From positions 1 through 58,698 of the forward strand of contig DSDU01000015.1 in assembly GCA_011056835.1 (NCBI GenBank): 58,698 nucleotides of DNA, given 5' to 3'. Below are positions 49,819-58,698 of this stretch, piece after piece. Numbering within the stretch: the stretch's first letter is position 1; every line of letters begins with the position of its first letter. The notes beneath the pieces are model-generated. The model was not told the DNA's origin and did no database searches. It saw nothing but the letters and a program-made list of their open reading frames with translations. Source of the stretch: Deltaproteobacteria bacterium (GTDB lineage Bacteria; Desulfobacterota; Syntrophia; Syntrophales; UBA6807). The position numbers and the translations under genes are program-made.

Positions 49819-52800
49819 TTATTTTTCCAATGTTGACAACAGGTTTTGTGCCTGCATGAAATAGGCATGGGCGTCGCACTGATGAAAGAGTGTCATCGCT
49901 TCCCGGATGCATCGCTTCGCCTGCTGAGTCCGCCCCATTTCAATGAATAATATGCCCAGATCAAGATTAACCTGAGCAATGATACCTCTGGCCCCTATCT
50001 CACGTGCCACGGTTCGGGCTTTTTTGAAATGCCTTTCAGCCAATACGCCTGCAAAAGGCGCATTTTTCATCATAAACCAGATATTTTTGATAAACAGAAA
50101 CAGTTTGCTTTGCTGCCTCCCCCTTGCAATTTCAAGATAGATCTTTCCAAGCAAATGCTTCACCGTGGCATAGCGATATTTGCTGCCTTTGACAAGCCAC
50201 GCCTGCAAGGTATTTTCAGTTATCGTAATCCCCTTTCGCAAATCTCCCCGGGCAATACAGACAATTCCTTTGAGTGCTTCAGCAGAGGTTCCTATAATTT
50301 CCAGGCCAGAATTTCCATTAAACGCAATGACTTGCTCAAATGTTTTTTCCGCATCCTGAAGTCGCTTATCCAAAAGGTAGCTCATGCCGAGCAGAAGCAT
50401 GGAAAGGCATGAAATCATCGGATCCAATGCAATTTCAATTGCCGACTTAAACTGATCCACCGCCGCGGTGAAATCACCGGCAGAATAATACGAAAGCCCG
50501 ACCATATTGTATCCCATGGCAGACGATCGTATATCCGCCTTACGGCTACCATATGCATGGAGTATCTCTCCGATTTCATGTGTCTTGGATACCTCGCCCC
50601 TGAAAAAATATGCCACCCCAAGGCTGACCATGCAAAATTGGAAAAACAACTGTTCATTTTCCAGGAGATCGGTGAATCCACGTGCCCTTATGCCGAACAC
50701 AACGGCTTCATCCAACCGCCCCATATCGGTATATACGTGAGTCAGCCAGGCACAGGCATATCCGACAACGCGCCTGCTGCCGGTCTCTTCACCGAGAGCA
50801 AGCGCCTTTGTCACGTAATGGAGCGCATCATCAAGGTTCTCCCTCTGGCGAAGCGACCATCCGAGCCAACCGTAATACATTGCGATCCGTTCCTTATCTC
50901 CGAGAGCCACAGCATCATTTTCATGTTCCTTGAAGAGATCGATCAGCGTGCCGTAATCGCCTCGCTGATTGTAGACCACCGCCCATCTGATCAACAGATC
51001 AATCAGAAGAACTTTCTCATCTTCCGATGCATTACTTTGCTGCACCAAAAGGGCATAGGCGGCTTGAAAATTCTTATGGGATTCATCAAGAGAATTACGC
51101 CGGAGGTTCTTTTCTCCCGATTTCATCAGATAATCAACGGCACGCAATCCCGACAGACCCCGTGTAAAGTGATAAGCAAGCATTTCGTAAAATTCGGGTT
51201 GCCTCTCCCGGAATACTTCTTCCATGACAAGCGCAATCTTTTCATGAATGATCCGTCGCTCCGCCTTGAGAAGCCCGCTGTACACGACTTCCTGCGTCAG
51301 TGCATGTTTGAAGAAATATTCGAGGTCGGGGAAGAATGACCCCGTGGTAATCACATTGCGTCTCTCCAGGTTTGTAAGGCACTGATCAACATGGGTACTT
51401 AATTCGGTAACCCGGGACAGAATATCGTAAGGAAATGTTCTTCCGATAACCGATGCCTCCTGAAGCACTTTTTTTGTTTCCTGTTCGAGACGATCGATCC
51501 GCGCTGAAATAACGCCGTGAAGAGTAGAAGGAATCCGTGTTTCATCAACATCACCGGAAAGCGTCCATGCATCCCCATCACAGGTAAGCGCCTCAGAGTC
51601 TATAAGGGCATTGATTACTTCTTCGATATAAAAAGGATTCCCCTCAACCTTCTCACGAATGTAGCGCCTCAGACCGTCAGGCACCTCTCCCGTTTGCAGC
51701 ATGGATTCAATCATATGCTGTGCTTCTGACGGTGGAAGATCATTGAGTCGTATCTCGTGCCCGATATGGTCGAAACCATCGTATCCGGGCAGGAGGCTGA
51801 ATGATGGTCGATAAACACACAGGAAAAGGGCCTTGTCTTTGAAAGCCGTAAGAACGGATCGAAGAAATTCCAGTGATGCGTTGTCAGCCCAGTGGAGGTC
51901 CTCAAGAAAAAAAATAACCGGTCCCTGATCGACAAGGGCCGCAACGATGGTATGAATTGCCTTGAGGAGACCGGTTTTCCACAATTCAGGACTCATGTTA
52001 CGCATATCAGGGTGGTTCAGATCGTAAAGTCTTTCGATATAAGGCATAACATCATTTCCGCATCCCGGAAGATCTTGGATACCCGACGCTATTTTGTGAC
52101 GCAGTGTTTTCAATGAGTCGCCTTCTTCTATGTTAAGCGTCCTGTTGAGAATGTCAATGATCAAATAATAGGGCATGTTTTGAGAATATGCATAAGCGCG
52201 GCCCTCCAGCCACCGCACGACCTTTCGATCCATAGTAGACTTGAATTCGTCGATGAGCCTGCTTTTCCCCGTTCCCGCATCACCACAGACGGCTACGATG
52301 GAACCGTTCCCCTCTCTCAACTGAGCACAGGCTTCAACAAGACGACTCATTTCGGTGTCTCTTCCGATCAGATCAGCCCGCAGGCCTGTGTAGCGGGATA
52401 CCTTCGACGGTTTCTTTTTTATAGACCGAACTCTATATATGGAAATGAGCTCTGTTTTGCCCTTCACTTTCACCGGGGCAAGCCTCTCGAAATCGACATA
52501 CCCCCGGGACCGATAATACGTGTCGGAACCGACGATTACTTCTCCGGGTCGAGCCAAGGCGGTCAGACGCGATGCTATGTTGATAGTGTCGCCGGTCATA
52601 CCATGTTTGCCTGCCTTGACATCCATCTCGTCCGTCACAATGATGCCCGTGTTGATTCCGGTATGCATCGAGATCGGCCTGCCGATTTTCTTTTCGACCT
52701 GGGGGCTGGCGGCATCCACGACAGTGTGAATTTCCAGGGCTGTCATGATGGCCCGGAACGGATCATCCTCATGGACTTTCGGTACACCGAAGATGGCCAT

Positions 52801-53232
52801 AACGGCATCTCCGATGAATTTATCGATGTACCCCCCGTATTTTCCGACAATCCGGGAAACATCAGCAAAGATGCAATTCATAACTTCTTTGACTTCTTCG
52901 GGATCCAGTCGTTCAGACATGGAGGTATAACCTGTGAGATCGGAGAAAAGAACGGTTACATATTTTCGTTCGATTTCAATCGTCACCCTTGCCGATGGTG
53001 CCGCATGATTTGAAGGTGTCGCGTTGGAATGCCGGAGAGAATCCCCGGGGATTGATTGACTCTGAGACTTGACTGCCGCCGCCAGCTTACTGCCGCAGTC
53101 ACTGCAATATGGATCGGTAAGAGGATTGATTCTACCGCATACGGCACAGACTGTTCGCCTCAATCTGGTACCACATTGGCTGCAGAAATTCGCACTGCTT
53201 TGATTCTTGACGTGACACGTGGGACATCGCAC
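49819..53232 (-). CDS. Double zinc-ribbon / class III nucleotidyl cyclase / STAND-type AAA ATPase / TPR protein
   Basis: GTG start preceded by GGGAGG. CPTC..CSQCG and CAVCG..CSDCG ribbons, cyclase core VTVLFSDLTGYT...KFIGDAVMAIFG, P-loop VCGDAGTGKSRL, and a long TPR-like C-terminus. Confidence 0.85.
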   Translation of the reverse strand: MRCPTCHVKNQSSANFCSQCGTRLRRTVCAVCGRINPLTDPYCSDCGSKLAAAVKSQSQSIPGDSLRHSNATPSNHAAPSARVTIEIERKYVTVLFSDLTGYTSMSERLDPEEVKEVMNCIFADVSRIVGKYGGYIDKFIGDAVMAIFGVPKVHEDDPFRAIMTALEIHTVVDAASPQVEKKIGRPISMHTGINTGIIVTDEMDVKAGKHGMTGDTINIASRLTALARPGEVIVGSDTYYRSRGYVDFERLAPVKVKGKTELISIYRVRSIKKKPSKVSRYTGLRADLIGRDTEMSRLVEACAQLREGNGSIVAVCGDAGTGKSRLIDEFKSTMDRKVVRWLEGRAYAYSQNMPYYLIIDILNRTLNIEEGDSLKTLRHKIASGIQDLPGCGNDVMPYIERLYDLNHPDMRNMSPELWKTGLLKAIHTIVAALVDQGPVIFFLEDLHWADNASLEFLRSVLTAFKDKALFLCVYRPSFSLLPGYDGFDHIGHEIRLNDLPPSEAQHMIESMLQTGEVPDGLRRYIREKVEGNPFYIEEVINALIDSEALTCDGDAWTLSGDVDETRIPSTLHGVISARIDRLEQETKKVLQEASVIGRTFPYDILSRVTELSTHVDQCLTNLERRNVITTGSFFPDLEYFFKHALTQEVVYSGLLKAERRIIHEKIALVMEEVFRERQPEFYEMLAYHFTRGLSGLRAVDYLMKSGEKNLRRNSLDESHKNFQAAYALLVQQSNASEDEKVLLIDLLIRWAVVYNQRGDYGTLIDLFKEHENDAVALGDKERIAMYYGWLGWSLRQRENLDDALHYVTKALALGEETGSRRVVGYACAWLTHVYTDMGRLDEAVVFGIRARGFTDLLENEQLFFQFCMVSLGVAYFFRGEVSKTHEIGEILHAYGSRKADIRSSAMGYNMVGLSYYSAGDFTAAVDQFKSAIEIALDPMISCLSMLLLGMSYLLDKRLQDAEKTFEQVIAFNGNSGLEIIGTSAEALKGIVCIARGDLRKGITITENTLQAWLVKGSKYRYATVKHLLGKIYLEIARGRQQSKLFLFIKNIWFMMKNAPFAGVLAERHFKKARTVAREIGARGIIAQVNLDLGILFIEMGRTQQAKRCIREAMTLFHQCDAHAYFMQAQNLLSTLEK

Positions 53233-53405
53233 CGTTTTGTCCTCCCAAGCCGAATCCCATGACCATGGGATGTTCTCGATCCCATACGAAACTAGTGGGA
53301 AGGAAACAAAAACGGAATGACGAATCCGCGCAGACTTCAGTCACACCTTTTTCTAACCCTCTTATCATTAAGAGGTAACGTATGATCTAAACCATTCCTT
53401 TGCTA

Positions 53406-53954
53406 TTAGAAAAGAAATACCGCCGCAGCCACAACGGATGTATACCCTTTATTCTTTACGATGGCTGATTGGGTGATTTCCGCTGTCCTTACGATTTTAC
53501 CGCTGATCTTGAATATTTCTTCCTTTTCATTCCATGCGGCATCGATATCAAAGTCAATACCCAGCGTTGAGGCAAGCATGGCAGCGGCAAGGTCTTCCGC
53601 ATACTCCCCCGACTGTCTTGCCGTCTGACCATAAGAATGATGCTCACTGATATATCCATAGGTGCTCTTGTCGGCTGGTATGGCACATCCGATCGATGCC
53701 GAAATAAGCCGCCTGGGTTCATTGCTGCAATTTCTGCTCATAACACAAAATGTAATCGCACCGGGCCTTAATTCTCTCATCCCCTGGTTTTTAGAAACAA
53801 TCTTGCAACTGGGGGGAAGAATGCTCGACACCTGTACAAGGTTGCACTTTTCAATCCCCGCATCCCTCAAGGCGAGCTCGAAAGAATGGAGTTCCTCCTT
53901 ATGGGAACCGACACCTTTTGTTAAAAAACATTTTTTTGGTACGAAATCTTTCAA
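53406..53954 (-). CDS. pdaD: Pyruvoyl-dependent arginine decarboxylase
   Basis: [37 protein letters not shown], including the SS self-cleavage site typical of PdaD. Confidence 0.85.
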   Translation of the reverse strand: MKDFVPKKCFLTKGVGSHKEELHSFELALRDAGIEKCNLVQVSSILPPSCKIVSKNQGMRELRPGAITFCVMSRNCSNEPRRLISASIGCAIPADKSTYGYISEHHSYGQTARQSGEYAEDLAAAMLASTLGIDFDIDAAWNEKEEIFKISGKIVRTAEITQSAIVKNKGYTSVVAAAVFLF

Positions 53955-53975
53955 TATAGTAACTCCTTTTACTGG

Positions 53976-54830
53976 CTATCGTTTGGATGTTATGTACCCC
54001 ATAATCCGATAAATCAGCTTGGCCGCCGTGAAGTCGGGTGCAACCATCCCCGGAATAGGGGCAAGTTCAACAACATCGAAGCCCCGTATGATGCAGTTTT
54101 CCGAAACCTCCCGCATGAGACGAATGACGTCCTTCCAGTATACACCGCCGGGTTCGGGTGTGCCCACGGCAGGCATAATCGACGGATCAAACACGTCCAG
54201 ATCAATTGAAATATAAACTTCATTCGTCAATTTACCACAGATTTCCTTTTCCCATCCCTCATGCTCGTGGACAAATTCAGAAGAATACGAGGGGATACCC
54301 TTGTTCCTTATAAACATCGGCTCTTCGCTGCTCATACTCCTGATGCCGACTTGAACGACGGGACATCGTTCGAAGATCCTGCGACTGACGCAGGCATGAC
54401 TGTATGGAGTGCCTTGGTATGAATCTTTCATGTCGGCATGAGCATCAAGATGAAGGACCGTCATAGAAGGATATTTTTCTATCAGTGCCTGAACCACCCC
54501 AAGGGAGATGCTGTGTTCGCCGCCGAGAACCACGGGCACCTTATCATGTAAAAGGATGTCGGCTACTTTCATCCGAACCGATTCCACCATTTCGCCGGGG
54601 CCGCCCGCTTCGATTTCCAGAGGGTCAACGGTATGTATCCCCGTCAGGTATGTTTCCATACCGAGTTCCTCGTCGTAGAGTTCCATCTGATATGATGCGT
54701 TGATAATCGCCGCAGGCCCGTTTCTCGTTCCGGCCTGGTATGTCGTCGTAAGATCATACGGCACGGGAACCACAACAAATGTGGCTGTTTCAAATGATGC
54801 ATAATCCTTACTTATTCCGCCGTATATCAT
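53976..54830 (-). CDS. speB: Agmatinase (ureohydrolase family)
   Basis: GGEHSISLG, LHLDAHADM and SIDLDVFDPS are manganese-ligand motifs. It lies directly upstream of pdaD. Confidence 0.9.
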   Translation of the reverse strand: MIYGGISKDYASFETATFVVVPVPYDLTTTYQAGTRNGPAAIINASYQMELYDEELGMETYLTGIHTVDPLEIEAGGPGEMVESVRMKVADILLHDKVPVVLGGEHSISLGVVQALIEKYPSMTVLHLDAHADMKDSYQGTPYSHACVSRRIFERCPVVQVGIRSMSSEEPMFIRNKGIPSYSSEFVHEHEGWEKEICGKLTNEVYISIDLDVFDPSIMPAVGTPEPGGVYWKDVIRLMREVSENCIIRGFDVVELAPIPGMVAPDFTAAKLIYRIMGYITSKR

Positions 54831-54901
54831 GGCGACTCGCTCCTCAAAAATATGGATGATGTTGCTATCACATATGATCGCCCCTGTCCATATTTTTTAT
54901 C

Positions 54902-55624
54902 TTATTCCGAGGGGATTCTCGAGTGGGTAAAATCCCCATCAACATATTGAATATACGAGCAATGATCGACCCAGTCACCGGGGATTGCAAATGTCCGTTT
55001 TCTCCCATCGATCATATACTGTTCCAGCACCGGTTGATGACAGTGTCCCAGGATAACCGCATCATATCCCTCTTCGAACTTCCTCATTGAAAAATTTCTC
55101 ATGGTATCGGCCAGGCCTTCCGGCGACCTTGCCAGGTGGTCCTTGCTCATTTTTGAACTGATCCGGGCTACCCGCCAGAGCACGGCAGACGGCATTCCCT
55201 TTTGCATCAGATAAAAGATCCTGCTCCTCAGGAAACTCCGAAGAAGGAGATATGGCCTGTTGGACAGATCGACAGTATCACCATGCGATACAAATATTTT
55301 CTGATCGTCCAGCTTAAAGGTGGCTCCGTCCTGAAATATTCTGACACCGAACGTTCCGAAGAATTCATCAAGATAAAAATCATGATTCCCTTCAAAATAA
55401 TTTATGGCAACACCGTGGTTTCGTAGATCAAGCAGTTTATCGATCATAATCCTAAACTCCGGATATATGTTCCCGTTGTCACAGAACCAGAAATCGAAAA
55501 AGTCACCGACAATAAACAACGCATCGATGGTGTCTTTTACTGCATCGAGAAGACTGAGAAGATTATGATATCTTTTACTTCCCTCATCTTTCAAATGTGC
55601 ATCCGATATGAAGACTGCTTTCAT
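54902..55624 (-). CDS. lpxH: UDP-2,3-diacylglucosamine diphosphatase (LpxH-type metallophosphoesterase)
   Basis: FISDAHL, FIVGDFFDFWF, EGNHDF, SHGD and GHCH motifs. Confidence 0.8.
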   Translation of the reverse strand: MKAVFISDAHLKDEGSKRYHNLLSLLDAVKDTIDALFIVGDFFDFWFCDNGNIYPEFRIMIDKLLDLRNHGVAINYFEGNHDFYLDEFFGTFGVRIFQDGATFKLDDQKIFVSHGDTVDLSNRPYLLLRSFLRSRIFYLMQKGMPSAVLWRVARISSKMSKDHLARSPEGLADTMRNFSMRKFEEGYDAVILGHCHQPVLEQYMIDGRKRTFAIPGDWVDHCSYIQYVDGDFTHSRIPSE

Positions 55625-55881
55625 GGTATATTTTCAAAAACCTTATTTTTGGGATACTTTTATCGACATAATCAAGTCATTGGTTGTCGTTTTTCACGGT
55701 GAGCAGACCTGTGATATTCACGGAATGGCTACCGTTATTCGGCTATGATCCATAGAAGCGGAAAGGAGGAACTGAACATCATGGATCTGCAAGCAGTGTG
55801 TGCCTGTTTTCCTATCGATCTTTATCCCTGTTCCCGTCGCATCTGATATCTGTCTCCCGACCGGGGCGTTCTCGGTCGTCT

Positions 55882-56526
55882 CTACTCACGATTTGCCAGA
55901 TATTCGGAATTATGAAACATTTCTTCGATCTCCCTATCGTTCATTCCTGCCCCGGCCGCAATGAGTCGGGCCTTTTCCCTGGACACCAGATCTTCCGGTG
56001 CATGACTGTCCGTATTCAACACAAGTTTTGCTTTATATTTTCGGGCGGACTGCACAACATGTCCGTTGGTCAGGCTGTGTCCTCTTCGCGCTGATATTTC
56101 AAGATATATTGAATTCTCGGCAGCGCGCATCGCTTCCTCGTCGGACAGCAGCCCCGGGTGGGCAAGGATATCAATGGGAGAATTAACAGCCGCCATGTTG
56201 GTACCGGGCATGACCGGCTCCACAATCGTTTCACCGTGAACGACAATAATTTTGGCACCCAATGACCGTGCCGTCTTCGACAGTTCGTTTATATGATCCG
56301 GATGGACATGGGTCAGTTCGATACCCGGAATGGCCCTGATCGAAAAGGCTGATGAGATTTTTTCACAGACCTTGACGATACGGGGGATTATAAAATCGAG
56401 ATTCGAATGGTCCGCATGGTCGGTAATGGCGATGACTCGACAGCCGGCCATCTCCGCCCGCCGAGCCAATTCAGTCGGAATCAGAACGCCATCGCTGAAG
56501 ATGGAATGGGTATGAAGATCAATCAC
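55882..56526 (-). CDS. PHP-domain phosphoesterase
   Basis: MIDLHTHSIFSDG, ITDHADH, HGE and TDSHAP are PHP metal-binding motifs. Confidence 0.8.
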   Translation of the reverse strand: MIDLHTHSIFSDGVLIPTELARRAEMAGCRVIAITDHADHSNLDFIIPRIVKVCEKISSAFSIRAIPGIELTHVHPDHINELSKTARSLGAKIIVVHGETIVEPVMPGTNMAAVNSPIDILAHPGLLSDEEAMRAAENSIYLEISARRGHSLTNGHVVQSARKYKAKLVLNTDSHAPEDLVSREKARLIAAGAGMNDREIEEMFHNSEYLANRE

Positions 56527-56734
56527 ACGGCATCTCCTGATATTTAGTGTAATTCGTTATTTTCGTAATTGGTTCCAACGATGTAGCAGATTTGAACTGC
56601 CAGGTCAACATCGTTCGATTCATTTCACCACATGGCATAATCCGTTCGATCTCAATTATTGAACAATTGCAATATTATCACAGGTGGTATATGGTTGGTC
56701 GGTAATAAAGAGACGGGACCCATGACGTGTTTAA

Positions 56735-57922
56735 ATGGTAAGAATCATTGACAGATACATCTTAAGAGAAATATGTTTCCCGTTCATTATGAGCCTGTTT
56801 ATCCTGACGTTTGTTTTGCTCATGGGAAGAATTCTGCAGTTGATGGACCTGATGATCAACAAAGGGGTGGGAGTTATCGACATCTCACGGCTCGTGTTGT
56901 ATCTCATGCCGCCTTTTTTACTGATCACCGTGCCTATATCGCTTCTTATCGCCATACTGATCGGCGTCGGACGGTTGTCGGCAGATAACGAGATTACCAC
57001 ATTGAAATCGGCGGGAATGAGCATTTCACGAATCATGCTCCCTATAATGGGCGCATCGATTATTGCTGCCATAATAACCGCCTTTATAGGATTATACTTT
57101 GTCCCTTACGGTAATACGGCAACGAGAGATCTGCTGTTTACCATTGCCAAGCAAAAGGCCAGTATCGGCATTAAGGAAAAGGTATTTAATGATGACTTTA
57201 AGGGACTTGTGCTCTACGCCGACAAGATACCCCTTCATGGCGATTATATGGAGGGAGTTTTTATATCGGACAATCGCCTTGTGAAAGATCCGACAACGAT
57301 CGTAGCTGAAAAAGGTTATCTCGTATCAAATCCCGCGTCGATGACGGTGACATTGCGCCTGAGAAACGGCAGCACCCACAGCGTCGATTCAAATCTCAAA
57401 ACTTACAAACGCATGGATTTCAGCTCATATGACATTAATCTCGATTTATCAAGCCCGATGGAAAAGGAAGGGACAGGCACGGATAAGAAATCACGCGAGA
57501 TGAACATTCAGGAGTTGCTGGAACGATCGAAAAAGCTTGATTCGTCAAGCGCCCTAAAACGGGAACTCGTGATCGAAATCAACAAGAAGTTCTCAATTCC
57601 CCTGTCATGCATCGTATTTGCGATCCTGGGACTCCCTCTCAGTATCGGTCAGGTCCGATCGGGAAAGTCTCGAGGTTTTACTGTCGGTCTTCTGGTCATC
57701 ATGATTTATTATGTCCTTCAACTCGGTGGTGAAGGTCTGGGGGAAACGGGCAGAATTTCTCCGGTCATCGGCACCTGGGCTCCGAATATCATTCTCGGAA
57801 TCACCGGCATAGCCCTGTTTCTCATGGCGGTCAGGGAAAAACCGATCACCTTTGATTTCATTATAAAGCCCATTGAGAAAGGAATCGCAACGATTAAAAA
57901 CCGGTGGAGAAGAAATTCTTAA
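56735..57922 (+). CDS. lptF: LPS export ABC transporter permease LptF (YjgP/YjgQ family)
   Basis: RIIDRYILREICFPFIMSLFILTFVLLMGRILQLMDL is the typical LptF/G N-terminus. The fold is a periplasmic middle domain flanked by TM segments. Confidence 0.85.
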   Translation: MVRIIDRYILREICFPFIMSLFILTFVLLMGRILQLMDLMINKGVGVIDISRLVLYLMPPFLLITVPISLLIAILIGVGRLSADNEITTLKSAGMSISRIMLPIMGASIIAAIITAFIGLYFVPYGNTATRDLLFTIAKQKASIGIKEKVFNDDFKGLVLYADKIPLHGDYMEGVFISDNRLVKDPTTIVAEKGYLVSNPASMTVTLRLRNGSTHSVDSNLKTYKRMDFSSYDINLDLSSPMEKEGTGTDKKSREMNIQELLERSKKLDSSSALKRELVIEINKKFSIPLSCIVFAILGLPLSIGQVRSGKSRGFTVGLLVIMIYYVLQLGGEGLGETGRISPVIGTWAPNIILGITGIALFLMAVREKPITFDFIIKPIEKGIATIKNRWRRNS

Positions 57923-58076
57923 CAAACCTGAAGAGTGACGCGTGAATTTGTATCCGAACCTCGTCTTCATCCTATTGACGCATGTGAAAAAGGGACTGCC
58001 ATCAGTCGGGGATCTTATCTTTTGTATGGACACATAATAGAGACAGGCACTAATCAATAATGGAAGTACTGCCGAC

Positions 58077-58698
58077 ATGAAAACGCTTGACCGCTACGTT
58101 ACCGGAACATTTTTAAATATATTCATACTGATTGTCATCTCTCTCATCGGTTTATATCTCATCGTAGATTTTTTCGAACGGATACGCATGCTTCTCAGTA
58201 ACGATGCCACGTTGCGTCAGATTTTACTCTATTTTTTGTACCAGATCCCCATGATCCTTTCGCTAATGATTCCGATCGCCGTTTTACTTTCATCGCTTCT
58301 GACATTCGGAATCCTTTCCAAAAACAGCGAAATCATTGCCATGAAGGCAAACGGCGTCAGTCTTTATAGAACATCCTGTCCAATCATCATTTTTGCCGGT
58401 CTTATGTGTCTCGTTTCCTTTTTTCTGAATGAATTTGTCACCCCCTATACCAACCAGCGTACAAAGTACATAAAACTTGTCGAAGTTCAAAAAAAAGAAC
58501 AGATCGGTGTATTTAAACAAAATCAAATATGGTACAGAGGTCGGGACGGCATATACAATTTCAACATGTTCGATTCCATGGCCGGCACACTCAAGGGAAT
58601 ACGAATCACCTATCTCGACCGCACAATGAACCCGACAAAACGGATCGACGCTGCAAGAGCCGTATGGCTTAATGACACGTGGGTATTTTATGAGGGGC
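58077..58698 (+). CDS. lptG: LPS export ABC transporter permease LptG (5' partial, runs off the window)
   Basis: ATG 58077, MKTLDRYVTGTFLNIFILIVISLIGLYLIVDFFERI..., open to the window end. It is absent from the ORF track because no stop lies within the window. Confidence 0.8.
   Translation, partial: MKTLDRYVTGTFLNIFILIVISLIGLYLIVDFFERIRMLLSNDATLRQILLYFLYQIPMILSLMIPIAVLLSSLLTFGILSKNSEIIAMKANGVSLYRTSCPIIIFAGLMCLVSFFLNEFVTPYTNQRTKYIKLVEVQKKEQIGVFKQNQIWYRGRDGIYNFNMFDSMAGTLKGIRITYLDRTMNPTKRIDAARAVWLNDTWVFYEG

Noticed and set aside
50029-53013. Long ORFs antisense to the cyclase/STAND/TPR gene (50557..51339, 52180..53013 and others)
   Set aside because: These are shadow ORFs opposite a confidently identified gene, with no independent support. 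The same reasoning applies to 10301..10852, 12861..13502, 30833..31378, 32729..33295 and 48186..48836.
1-58698. Search for CRISPR arrays, rRNA, IS elements, integrases, phage genes and toxin-antitoxin or defence cassettes
   Set aside because: I saw no regularly spaced direct repeats. No ORF carries transposase, integrase or recombinase motifs, and no terminal inverted repeats flank gene blocks. The only tRNA (fMet) has no adjacent integrase.

Overview
This 58.7-kb window looks like ordinary chromosome, not a mobile or accessory island. I found no transposase, integrase, phage genes, CRISPR array or rRNA. From the gene content I infer an anaerobic Desulfobacterota (deltaproteobacterium-like) organism: rubrerythrin, flavodoxin, dodecin, a DUF35-partnered thiolase, acyl-CoA dehydrogenase with EtfBA, pyruvoyl arginine decarboxylase, and multi-PAS signalling proteins. 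The confident genes fall into four groups. Translation and RNA: prfC, typA, a DEAD-box helicase, an RluA-family pseudouridine synthase and an initiator tRNA-fMet. Acyl-CoA metabolism: thiolase-like protein plus DUF35, a CaiB-type CoA-transferase, a PaaI thioesterase, a MaoC hydratase and acd-etfBA. Envelope: lptF/lptG, lpxH, a YcbB-type L,D-transpeptidase, a DUF748 giant protein plus an SLT-domain protein, and a GT2 glycosyltransferase. Other functions: glgB, pdaD-speB, rubrerythrin plus an FAD oxidoreductase, a 1313-aa PAS hybrid kinase, a GGDEF cyclase and a 1137-aa zinc-ribbon/cyclase/STAND/TPR protein. The most interesting item is a thiolase-like gene whose only interruption is an in-frame TGA at the nucleophile-cysteine column, followed by a stem-loop. 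This is either a candidate selenocysteine thiolase or a nonsense pseudogene. Other observations: a 70-aa ORF of three 17-residue T[ED]TLTMTG repeats whose copies differ mainly at third codon positions; two promoter-plus-terminator units that look like small RNAs; a near-consensus sigma-54 promoter in front of an orphan small ORF; a 20-bp perfect palindrome; a Fur-family-style palindrome in front of rubrerythrin; a decayed nifS/iscS remnant; and two frameshifted genes, one at a C7 homopolymer. All calls come from reading the sequence and motif recall. No database search was run.
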